NCBI GenBank assembly: GCA_009103225.1
Contig: RHPI01002699.1
Location: 224,578-288,577 of the forward strand
DNA length: 64,000 nt
From: Chlorokybus atmophyticus
Lineage: Eukaryota; Plantae; Mesostigma and Chlorokybus algae
Direction of reading: 5' to 3'
The notes beneath the pieces were generated by a model. It saw only the letters and a list, made by a program, of their open reading frames with translations, had not been told where the DNA came from and did no database searches. Position numbers and translations under genes: made by a program. This document shows, one piece after another, positions 11,381 through 24,162 of the stretch (positions are counted from its first letter, which is position 1; each line of letters opens with the position of its first letter).

Positions 11381-11912
11381 TGTCACAGCCCACTCGACCA
11401 CAAAAGACTTGGTGCTTTTATGGTCGATTTGTGGTAATTTAATGTACCTTCCCGTTACATTCCCCCCACTTAAGAACGCTGACGTCTTCGGCAGCTGCGC
11501 GGTCAGCTGGGGAATTACCCAAGGGGTTTGTTAGGGTCGGTCACCGGCCCCACAGCCAAGGACCGGCTAATTTTAGGCCCATACCGGTCAACGCGCGCAT
11601 AGCGCTCCGCTGCCGGCCCCACAGGTCGCGTCGCCGCGATAGGCAGGTCGCGCCCTGCCGCGCCGACTGAACTGGTCAGGTCACTTCGGCGCGACTGCCA
11701 TTAGGCAAGTCGCGACCCATCGATGATGGCACTCATAAAGTGACCATTTACGATTATTGGATCGAGAAACAGCGACCGCGGAATTCGTGTGCTAGGCAGG
11801 AATCGAACCCGGGTCTCAAGCTCCGATGACCAATGTCACAGCCCACTCGACCACAAAAGACTTGGTGCTTTTATGGTCGATTTGTGGTAATTTAATGTGC
11901 CTTCCCGTTACA
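11381..11912 (-). mobile_element. TRIM copy C (youngest)
   Basis: 79-bp TGT...ACA LTRs at 11381-11459 and 11834-11912 differing by 1 base. PBS TTGGTCATCGGAGC, PPT TAAGTGGGGGGAA. 5-bp TSD CGGCG at 11376-11380 and 11913-11917. Confidence 0.96.
11799..11853 (-). promoter_or_regulatory. Putative type-2 (tRNA-like) RNA polymerase III internal promoter straddling the TRIM LTR/PBS junction
   Basis: A box TGGTCGAGTGG (11853-11843) and B box GGTTCGATTCC (11809-11799), starts 44 nt apart as in tRNA positions 8 and 52. Same arrangement in copy B: TAGTCGAGTGG 10443-10453 and GGTTCAATTCC 10487-10497. B box degenerate in copy A. Confidence 0.7.
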
Positions 11913-13267
11913 CGGCGCATAGGAAGAACCCCTACCCGCCGTCGTTGCCCAACACACCTTCAACAGCAGCGGCAATGGCATGCTCGCCAGTGCCAAGCAT
12001 ACGGTCATCACGCTTGACCAATCACGCCTTGCTCGTCACGCACATCACGCAATGCGCCTGCTCATCACATCCCCTCCCCCGACATCAGGCATATCCTCAC
12101 TAATTTATGCTCTTCGCGGTTAAGCAGATTTTCTTAAGCACGAACACAGTTGCCTATAAAACGTTGGGTAATCTTATATTCTATGCTGTTAGCGGGGTGA
12201 TTCTCTTGAACGAAGTCTCTTAGCGGGGGTAGACTGAACAGTGTATCGATAGTCAATATCAGTGAGTATAATCACGACTTGACCTGAACTAGCATCTAAC
12301 AATGTCTTACATCAGTAACAAAGGGAGCATGTTAGGCTAACATACGTCATGTTTTAATAATGTAATATATGAGGCCTAGATATTGTATGGTACAAGGTAC
12401 CGTATTCCGTCGAATAAAACCCCCCTACAATTAAAGCCCAATTTCGCGNNNNNNNNNNNNNNNNNNNNNNNNNNNNNNNNNNNNNNNNNNNNNNNNNNNN
12501 NNNNNNNNNNNNNNNNNNNNNNNNNNNNNNNNNNNNNNNNNNNNNNNNNNNNNNNNNNNNNNNNNNNNNNNNNNNNNNGTGGGTGGGGGTATGCGAGAGG
12601 GAATACAGAAAATATCAGATGTGGCGCCACTCTGATAATTGTCAAGGCACACATGTAATTCACACATAAACTGGTTTCCATACCCGCAGTTTATAACATG
12701 AAATGCATTTTATGTTGAAATCGTGAATACTCAATATGTTCAATATCCAACATGATGGTTACATAGTTGCGTTTGTTTGAATATGGACGATGCATTTTGT
12801 AATACTATATGTCATGCGACACCACAAGCAATATCTGTATCATATATGGTACGTAATATACACATACATGTGCTTATTCACATTCAACCAAGACACACTT
12901 ACGCTCCATAAGATGGTAAGTAACATTTAGCACAATTGATAACATCTGAATCAATGATGCCTTAAAGTCGAATCTAATAATGCAACCGCATACTAGACAA
13001 CAATATTGATTGCGCAACAAATTGTCGGGCCGGGCGTCCATGAGGGCTGGTCCTTCTCAAGGATGTGGTTGTTGGCTGCGGATGGTGTGCGCGATGACGC
13101 TTGTTGTCGGTATAGCCAAGCTTGAGGCTGTTGTAGACATCCGTGTGCAGCTAAAGAGAGCTCCCACCCAGCATAACTAAGTGTAGAGGAAGCTATGTAG
13201 GCAACAAGCCACCTACGTGGGTGCGTTGCTCACAGGGCCTTCCCACGATAGCAAGATGCATGCGCGC

Positions 13268-13270
<3 letters not shown>

Positions 13271-13319
<49 letters not shown>
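13271..13319. repeat. (TG)n microsatellite
   Basis: About 24 uninterrupted TG units. Confidence 0.98.
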
Positions 13320-13323
<4 letters not shown>

Positions 13324-14955
13324 GTTAAGTAAGAGCTATAAGTGCTACTATCGAGAGTGATAGCAGACCTTGACTTATGCCTGTGTATGCACAACAATGC
13401 AAGCACGCGCAGCTAGTGTGTGCGGCAACTGCAATGTGTATGCGTGTGCTCCGCATCCATACACAACACAACAATCCACAAACACGCCCAGCTCACTTGT
13501 AGGCTTTGTATTGCAGAGGTTGGGGCGTTAATCAGTCCTTGCTTCGTACTCACAGTCTTGCTAAGTAACTATGGGGCTAAGTCTGCTACGTATAGTACAG
13601 CCGCATCTACTTACAACTGTGCAGTCCTAGAGCAACGGCTAGTTGTGAGATCAAGCAATAGAGCCGTTGGATCTCGATGCAGTTCGAGCTGAGCCAGAAC
13701 GGAACAGCTACGATGGTACCTGCGACGGTTACTACAATGGTACCCACGACTCACGACCGCCGTGGCAGTCGTACAACGCGCGGTCCTCATGCTAATAGCA
13801 GGCGCGGATGCCGAGCTATAGGCATGGTCGAGGAGACTTCGCGGACGTTGACGAATAGCATGACAGAATTGCGAAAAATAACAAAGCATGGTTATTCTAG
13901 TATCTAGTGTACAGCGAAATGTGATACATACAACTTGTTATCAACATAACAAAATAAGCCCAAAACTTATATAAACCAACAATCTATAGCAAAGAAGCCT
14001 ACTTAAGCATGCTATGTCGGGGTAAACTACAGCAAAATACACGCACTGTCACTCAAAACCCGATTTGAACAAAGCCTTCAACAACTCTTAAAAAAAGAAG
14101 GCATTGTTAGCTAAGTATACATAAAAGTTTTTATTACTCTATAAGCACAAACGTATTTGCGCTTATTAGATTATGCTCTTATAAACCTAGCATCTATATA
14201 ATGCAAAAAAGTAAGTATACAAATGATATAGGGCTATAGCAGAGCCAGATATAGCGCTATCACTGAATGGCACTTACAACCCTATTCAAAACATCAAAGT
14301 TTCTCATGCAGGCTGCAGCAAGCTATCGTGCTGCAGAAGGATAAGGACAACTTGCAGAGTGTGGGAGGCGCATGTAAGACTTGTATTTCATAACAAAAAC
14401 AATGACGGTTGATTATGCACATACTTGAACTCATATATGGGTGATGTACAAGGCAAAAAGGACCCCCCCCCNNNNNNNNNNNNNNNNNNNNNNNNNNNNN
14501 NNNNNNNNNNNNNNNNNNNNNNNNNNNNNNNNNNNNNNNNNNNNNNNNNNNNNNNNNNNNNNNNNNNNNNNNNNNNNNNNNNNNNNNNNNNNNNNNNNNN
14601 NNNNNNNNNNNNNNNNNNNNNNNNNNNNNNNNNNNNNNNNNNNNNNNNNNNNNNNNNNNNNNNNNNNNNNNNNNNNNNNNNNNNNNNNNNNNNNNNNNNN
14701 NNNNNNNNNNNNNNNNNNNNNNNNNNNNNNNNNNNNNNNNNNNNNNNNNNNNNNNNNNNNNNNNNNNNNNNNNNNNNNNNNNNNNNNNNNNNNNNNNNNN
14801 NNNNNNNNNNNNNNNNNNNNNNNNNNNNNNNNNNNNNNNNNNNNNNNNNNNNNNNNNNNNNNNNNNNNNNNNNNNNNNNNNNNNNNNNNNNNNNNNNNNN
14901 NNNNNNNNNNNNNNNNNNNNNNNNNNNNNNNNNNNNNNNNNNNNNNNNNNNNNNN

Positions 14956-15000
<45 letters not shown>
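14956..15000. repeat. (TG)n microsatellite bordering an N gap
   Basis: Directly visible; true length unknown because it abuts the gap. Confidence 0.95.
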
Positions 15001-15003
<3 letters not shown>

Positions 15004-16443
15004 GCGATAGCGCACACTCATTGCATTTCAACGATTACAATGAGTGCATGCCTACGTAACACAGTGGCATACGCTATGAGAGATGATGCACGGTAAAAAC
15101 CAATAGGCTAACATGCACAGCAAGATAGCAAAGCAAGACAAGCACAGATTCGGCCGGGGGGTATAGTTTTTAAGCCAACCAGCCAACTAACTCACTATAC
15201 CAAGTGCATGCGTGCATGCAAATGCGGTAGTGGGGCTGCATAGTAACAATGCATAGTATGCATAGTAACAATCAAGTATATAATGTGGAAACACATATGT
15301 TCGTGGGCTAATCATACCATAGCAACAACAGCACTGCTTTACTTGTAGAAGTAAACGCGATTGTAATACCCTTAAGGGGCTAGCCCAAATTCCATGCCGC
15401 TCCGACACAATCATATTTGAGCTTATTATAACCAACGTCACACTTCAGCGTCCCCATTCACCAGATTGCACACCGTCATAATTAGCAACTGGCAAAGAAT
15501 AAGCAGTCCGACAATGACCGATGCTACCTTTTTAACTCGCTTTCCCATCAATGGCACTTGCTTGCAACTTTTGAACACAAGTTTATTAGCGCATACATGT
15601 GCAATAGGTATAATGAATCCCTTTTGCTTGTAAGCTGTAAGCTTTTGTGCATGAGCTGCATAAAACGTACATAAGGCGTCAATAAATACCTTGCACAATG
15701 CTAGTAAATACACATGTCATCATAATGCTATGCGTGTGTGGTAGATATGATGCTCACATATAATCTGGCAAGATGCCAATGCAGAGTCTTATAGGGACAT
15801 GTGTGGCCAAGCAGACATAATTACATTATAAGATATAGTGGTCAGCATTTGTGAAGGAAAGATGTTGCTGGCTCCAAGGCGTGCGCACGCGCGTGTGGCA
15901 TCTTGCAGGCGGTGTTTAATCGAACGTCTCAAGTGTACACAAGCTGCAAGAGGGAATTCGAACACGCCAACATACATGCCCATGCATTGTAGTGCAATTG
16001 AAATTCGCTGGCAACTGATTCTGCTTGCGTGTGCCGCAATAGTCAGCTACTCTGCAAAAACCTACATTGTGTCTCTGGCCGTTTTTGCATCAAGTCGTGC
16101 TGCAAATCATTGGCCACGACATTGGCAGGCTTTGATCCAAGTACTTCACTATTGCCTCATTTCGCCAGTCAAGCATCACACAATCTAGTGCGTAGATGCT
16201 CGCACACAACGCACCTGACCAACCATGGTTGCGTCCCAGGCTGTTATGCATAATGAACTAGGCAACAAGTACGCTTTCAGTAACAGCTTCCCAAATGATC
16301 AATTCACACTATGTGCACAAAGGATCCATAACAATTGCAAGATGATCTACAGTTGTACAATACAAAAGCAACACAGCATCCACTAGATTTGCACGTCGAC
16401 AATCAGGAAATGCTGAGCCAGAGCAATACAAACGGCGCGCACT

Positions 16444-18206
<1,763 letters not shown>

Positions 18207-18295
18207 TCAGCCTGCCACAGCTGCAAGTCCCCCAAAACCCTAATGGCAGCTAGCTCGCTACGCCGTCCGCTTTAATGAAATGCCGCAATATCACG

Positions 18296-20092
18296 ATGGA
18301 ATGTAAGCAACCCAGCAAGACGGCACACGACGTGCACAACAGCAAGCTCGCCAGCCCTGCCAACGCGGACACCACCACCACCGCCGCCGCTAAATTTGCC
18401 AACGGCGTTGTAGCCCGGTTACTACTGTGCAAGTTGACCGCGCAGTTTGGTAGTTTGTAAACCGCGCAAGGGTTTGACCTGGCAGGCGCATGAGTTTAGT
18501 CTAACCAGCTTTCCCCCGCCGCAAGCAGCGCAGTTAAAACTGCCGCCGTTCTGTTCCACGCCCGGCTAAGGGTTAACCGCCCCAAGCCAGATTTGCAAAT
18601 TGATGTTTGCAACTGTTCTTCAGACACGCCAGCTGGCCGTAACTCAGTCACGCTGATATCTCGAGCTGAAATATCATTCAGCAAAAAGAATATCACACTC
18701 AGATCTGATATCAGTGTAACGTCGATCCGGTTCAGCTGGCTCTGACTCAGCAGCCTGCTGGCTGGAACTGGGTCTAGGCCTGGTGCTTTTAGCCTGGCCC
18801 AAACTGCGCCAGGCCGAGCGGGTCCTGGGCGCCGCCGCTGCGGCGGCGGCGGCGGTGGCGGTGGCAATGGCGACGGTTGTGGCGATCCTCACGTACGATG
18901 GCAACGTGCTGGACATGGCGTTGAACTACACCATGTTGGTGCTGGCGGTGGTGCCGCTGGTGGTTGCGGCGGAGTCGGATGCGGCGGCGACGGCGGCGGC
19001 GGCAGTGCCGTCCACCAGCATTAGGCTGCCGCAGACGGCGGCGGCGGGGCTTGCAAGACCGGCGACAACCACTCAGCGCAGCAGGCTGAGAGCGGAGCTG
19101 GCTGTGCTCCTGGCGGGCCTCTTTGCTCTGCAGGTAGGACAGCCACACCAGGCCAGGCCAGGAGTTGACAACATTCAATTTCAGAAGTTCTGTCGTCTGT
19201 GTGCAGCTATGGATCTGCTGGCTGGCGGACTGCGTGGGCATTTCCATTGTTTGGAGCGCTCTCATTGGATTCTGCGCAACCGAAACGGTAATGATCGCAC
19301 ATGCAAACTTGTTGGTTGCAACTATCAGTTATGCCATGTGCACAAACATGTGCTGTGCATACAAGCGGCGAGCATTTGAAGGTAGTGGCACGGACGTCTG
19401 TGTTCCAACACGCACAACACACTTGATGTGGCTTGCACGCACATGTGTGTATGCGCACACACGCATGCACGCGTGTGTACATGATTGTTGGAACAGAACA
19501 TCGTTCCGAGGTTTCGGTCACTATGCATTCCTGCGCTGAGGTGTTTTTGTCAGTGTGGCGATTGGCAAAACGTGTGTGAACCATGCGCATGCGTGCGTGA
19601 TGCGGACATGCGCTCTGTGTGTACCTTTCACCATCAGTTAAGAAGCAACTCCGTGCAAGTGCGCTTTGCATGCGCAACTGCTCTGCATTGCAAGTTGGAC
19701 GTGTGCGTGTCGGGGTGCGTGTCGGTATGTGTGGGTGAGCATGTGCGTGCCTGTTTGTGTGCGTGCCATGTGTACGCATTGTGACTGCTACTGAACTATT
19801 GTCTCATCAGGCGTGCGGCGCGGTGCCGCCGGGTTGGCCAATGCGGGCCTTCTTCGTGGCGTCATTGGCAGCGTCTGCGGTGTGGTTGTACTACGCCATT
19901 GCAGAGGAGCCTATCACCACGCTGGCGCATTTCCTCAGCGTCATGCTAGGATTCCTCATGGCCGCGGTGAAGCGGAGACCCAACGCGTGGAAGAGCGCAA
20001 CCTCGCGCTATGCTCAGTTTGTTGTCGGGGATGCGTCTCATGAACCAACAATGCAACAGCAGGGAGAGACGCAGCCGCTCATTCAACCGTAG
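18296..20092 (+). CDS. Uncharacterised multi-pass membrane protein, weakly PQ-loop/SWEET-like; probable exons about 18296-18450, 18754-19133, 19811-20092
   Basis: GC-rich open exons with hydrophobic segments (WLELGLGLVLLAW, VAMATVVAILTY, YTMLVLAVVPLVV, LAVLLAGLFALQ, FFVASLAASAVWLYYAI, LAHFLSVMLGFLMAAV). Phase-0 junction CAG|gtagga...catcag|GCG. First exon and start codon are uncertain. Confidence 0.6.
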
Positions 20093-20949
20093 AGTTTGTG
20101 CATAGTGAGATGGGATTGCTGTTTGAGTGTGTTCTAGCTGATTGGTATCACTGGACTGTAATTTACTTCGAAACCCTGATCGGGGCCTGCACAGACAGCT
20201 CACGTTTATGCAGTGTTCCTGGATGGACTCGTCAAGAAAGTCGTGTTGACAAGGCATTGTACACTACTGGTCCGGATGTTAGTTCATTTTCACACATCTT
20301 GTTGATCATCTCATGCAAACACGTATCGTGATCACAAGTTGTGATCACGCTGCGTGTTTGTCGCATGGGATGTTTCACGAGTCATGGACGCCATCATATT
20401 CGCTGATGACAGATGCAGCACGGTTCAACTCATTAATGGGGTAAAAACGCCGAACAGCTACTTCGATGAACTCAAAACGTAGCAAAGCCGTCTCAATCAA
20501 CAAGCTCGTGCTTGCTTTGCATCCTTTTCAAAGGGAAATGACACCGAAGCACCCACCCATATGCACAATGGCGCATGCATAGCACAGAAATCCTCAACAA
20601 GAAGGGAAGCACTTGGCAAAAAAAATGTAACCTTTGCCATCAAAGCTGTATGGCTTACTCATTTCTAATGTTGGTGATGTGCAGGTGGTTGCATGCATCC
20701 CGGTATACAACTGCGTGCTACATCAGTCGTGCAGGGTCGTTGTTGCCCAATGTATCATCTCAACTCCAGCTTATGAAAACCGTTCAAAACTGATACATCG
20801 ACCCATCGATGGACACTGTGCATGTACACGCGAGTCGTGCTGAGGTACCCGTGCGTGTGGCACCTTGCTTGCTGGAAGCCTTCATGTTGGACGGCCGGCA
20901 TTAGAGCACACTAGGTTTGCCTCAGAGCAACCAACCAAACCAACACTCC

Positions 20950-23330
20950 CTAGCCTACGTTCAATACTGATTTGAACAACTCGTAGAAATAGTAGCTCAG
21001 TGCTGCTGAAGGGAGCACCTGTTGGTACACACAGCACATGGGACATACGATGAGTGACTCATCCGCCCAATACCATCACAGAATGTCTAATTCTCGGCCC
21101 AAGAGCAAGTTGTCTGACCTGCAGTGCGGATGGCAAAACTCCTGCATACAACGACTGCACGCCTCCACTTTGGATGATGGAGCGCGCAGTCAACAATGCG
21201 CTCTGTTGTGCTACCCGCTTGCCACAAACCATTGTGCCCTGTTGAAGTAAGATGAGGTGAATCAGAGCAGAGCAAGCTGAAACCAGCAGCGTTCAGTGTG
21301 CAGTGGTTGTGTGGTACACTACCTGTAGTTGCAGCTGGCGGCGAACAACCTGCGCAACATTAAACCTCAAGTTCAGCTACAGACAATACGCATGCACACA
21401 CATATGACAAAGCATTGGAGCCTGCATACCAGGAGCAATATGGCCAATGTACCTCCATGGGGTAAGTCGCGAGCTCAGCACACAAGCCGGCAATGGCTCC
21501 ATAGAGCAATGTAGGCCCGGCTCCAATCTCTAAGGCGCCCTGACCATGTGTGACGTAAATGCCCTTGTTGTGCATCGCGCGCAAGTGCGACTGCTTCAAC
21601 ACATCGTACACGCCGTAGAAGACTGCGCCGGATGGTGCCATTGCTATGATGGCTGGCATGACCCCTCTATACAACGAACCGACACCTTCGTGCTGCACCA
21701 TGTGCGAGATGCAGCTGAAAACACTTGTATACGCTGATCCACTCTCGGCCAACATTCTTGTGCGCAACTGATGTTGGTAGCAAAGATATATGTAAGTATG
21801 CAACACTAAGGCAGCAAAAGAGAGGGATGGTAAGAAATGATGAACAGCATCAATACACGAACCGTGTCCAGCGGGAAGCACAGCAGCGTCGCGGATATAC
21901 CAGCCGCAGCCCCAGCACATGCACGCTCAGTGTTGGTCATCTCGGTGCGCCCTGATTGTTTACACAGGGCTCTATGAAAGGCATCGAAGCAATAAAAGTT
22001 GATTGCCTTGAACGGCGTTATTCTGCCATCCAGTGCAACGTTTGGTATCCTGACATCTTAACAAGTGCGACATAAAAGGCATTAGACAGGTACTTGTGCA
22101 TACCGCAGCAGGTTCAGTCCGTTTCCCTTCCAAAATCCACCAAAGCCTTCTTTGGTCAAAACTTCCGTGGCAACAACCATTGCCCTATCTTTCAACGCTG
22201 CATTTGCAGCCATGGTGCCTAACAGCAGTTCCAGCTTGACACGCTCCAAAGGAGCAATCATTGTGCGTGAGATAGCAGCAGACAATGCGCCTGCTAACAG
22301 CTGCCTGCGTAGTTTTGTAACCAGACCACATTGAGTCTGCATGTCAAATGCCGGTACAGCATAAACAACTCAACGTACTTGGCATTGTCAATAGCAGTGT
22401 GTCCCTGCCGTATCCGAGGGCGAGGCGCCTGCGCGCGCGGACGTGCTTTGTTCTGAAATGATCTTCCTATGTGCTGCAGGCAAGTTGTGACCTGTCTCAC
22501 GTGCTCGCTGACCTCCTGACTGGTCTTGCCCAGCTGCGCTTGGTGTTCTGCGCCCACTGGCACTGTGAGGCGCTTGTGAAACATCGCGAAGGCAGCCGCG
22601 GCAAACCTTCCCGAGCGATTCGTTTGTTGGATTGGCAAAGGATCCATTATAACAAAATTGCTTGCCCCGCGCAACAGCAAGGGTTTCTCAGCTGCCGCCA
22701 CTGCTAACAAACGAGCAGTGAGTGATAACGTCGCTCACACTTTGGCACCCTGTGATGTTTCTGCTGCTGTGTGTTTGATGTACAGCCAACACAGTACCCA
22801 GTGTGTGTGCACACAAGTGCAGTCACAATGACAGGCCACACACTTGAGGTTTCAACATTCACACACAGCATGGCAAGCTGTTCAGCTGCTCTGGAAGTAT
22901 GTGCACTGCACGCCTGTGCACCCCAGCAACAGACATCAATGGGTACTCGCGGCCGTTGAACACAGACCAAAACCCAATGCGTTGTGGTGCTCAAACCATG
23001 TTGCTGCAGCAAGCACCAGCAAGTACAAGGAGTACATGCGAAACGCTGCAACGTACCATAGTGGAGTAAATCAACGTGATCATAAAAATACATACTGTGT
23101 TGCCTGTCCAACAGCAGTATCCAGCACAGCACACACGCTGTGGCAACGTGGCAAAGTAGCACTTAGAAGTAACAACACCCACCAGGTAGCTTTAGGGTTG
23201 GAAGCACAGCAAACTGAACCGATTCGTCCCGACTGATCGCCATGGCTGCAACCAGTGGGAAACGCACGCGCAAAGGCGGGTGCGCAGGTCAGCTTCAAGG
23301 AGCTCGACTTAGGAGCCATGTTGGTCTTCA
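20950..23330 (-). CDS. Mitochondrial carrier family (SLC25) protein, Brittle1-like BTL2/BTL3 type; 5' end uncertain
   Basis: Three carrier repeats: LLAGALSAAISRTMIAPLERVKLE...FWKGNGLNLLR, PFKAINFY...AGAAAGISATLLCFPLDTVRTRM...SLYRGVMPAIIAMAPSGAVFYGVYDVLK, LLYGAIAGLCAELATYPMEV|VRRQLQLQ (27-nt microexon 21349-21323). Last exon 21018-20950 VLPSAALSYYFYELFKSVLNVG*. Confidence 0.9.
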
Positions 23331-23636
23331 ACAGGCCGACATGCGGCACTACTACTTGAACGAACGAGCGTCTTCATGTGCGAGCTTTGAAAAACCATCA
23401 TCAGCACGCCAACTGAGCTGGAGTCGGGTTTAAAACATTACTGCAAACTTCACACGCAGGCAAACAGCTGCCACGAGTGTGTCCAGTCCAGCAGCCTGTT
23501 GCCGCCGACCTGCTAGCTACCACTTCTAATCTAAATAGGCTCTGCAGCCTCGCTTTTCAATAGCAATATCTACAGGATTCAAACACCTCTCAACCACACG
23601 TAAGCCGCAAACCAAAGACGTGCCCGCCAACACCTA

Positions 23637-23676
<40 letters not shown>

Positions 23677-24162
23677 GTGCTGCAACGGAAGTTGTCGGCT
23701 CTACGCGGAATAGAATGGAAGATTGACGATTTGATCCAGTTCCGAAACTCAGTTCAAACTCCAGAATCCGGGACATGGATGCGTTGTCCTGACGTTACTT
23801 TTACTTTGCAGCAGGTCCAGATTGCCACATCAGCTTGCAGTCAGCTTTGGCGCGAAGGGCATCATCATCTTCCGCGATCGAACTGCGGGCAGGATAATCC
23901 GTGAATTGATCAGTGAACACAGGTTATCAAACCCGTGGGTTCAGTGAGCACTTGCGTGTATTTTGGTGGAGGCGGCGGCATGCATGCTGCGACACGTGGA
24001 GCTCTGGGCATGGCTGCACTAGCTGAGCTTCTGTTGTTTTTGGGCTCTCAGTTTTGAGCTGTTACATGAGCGTGAAGCTTCTGGTTGTGCAACGCTCTGA
24101 ACTTTGAGCTCAACTGCATGCTGTTGCAACCAGACTATTGTGTTCAATTGTGCGCTGAGCGA

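Noticed and set aside
11785-11860. Functional tRNA gene
   Set aside because: A and B boxes and a T arm are present, but the acceptor stem does not pair and the anticodon arm is the poorly paired PBS. It is part of the TRIM.
12217-12236. Candidate pogo terminal inverted repeat (minus strand CAGTCTACCCCCGCTAAGAG)
   Set aside because: It looks pogo-like, but no partner was found near 1200-1430 and it is not flanked by TA, so element boundaries were not called.
13420-13907. Short ORFs in a GC-richer patch
   Set aside because: No motif, splice pattern or repeat signature that I could support.
15438-15713. 91-aa minus-strand ORF with a hydrophobic C-terminus downstream of Rab11
   Set aside because: No partner exons or recognisable family.
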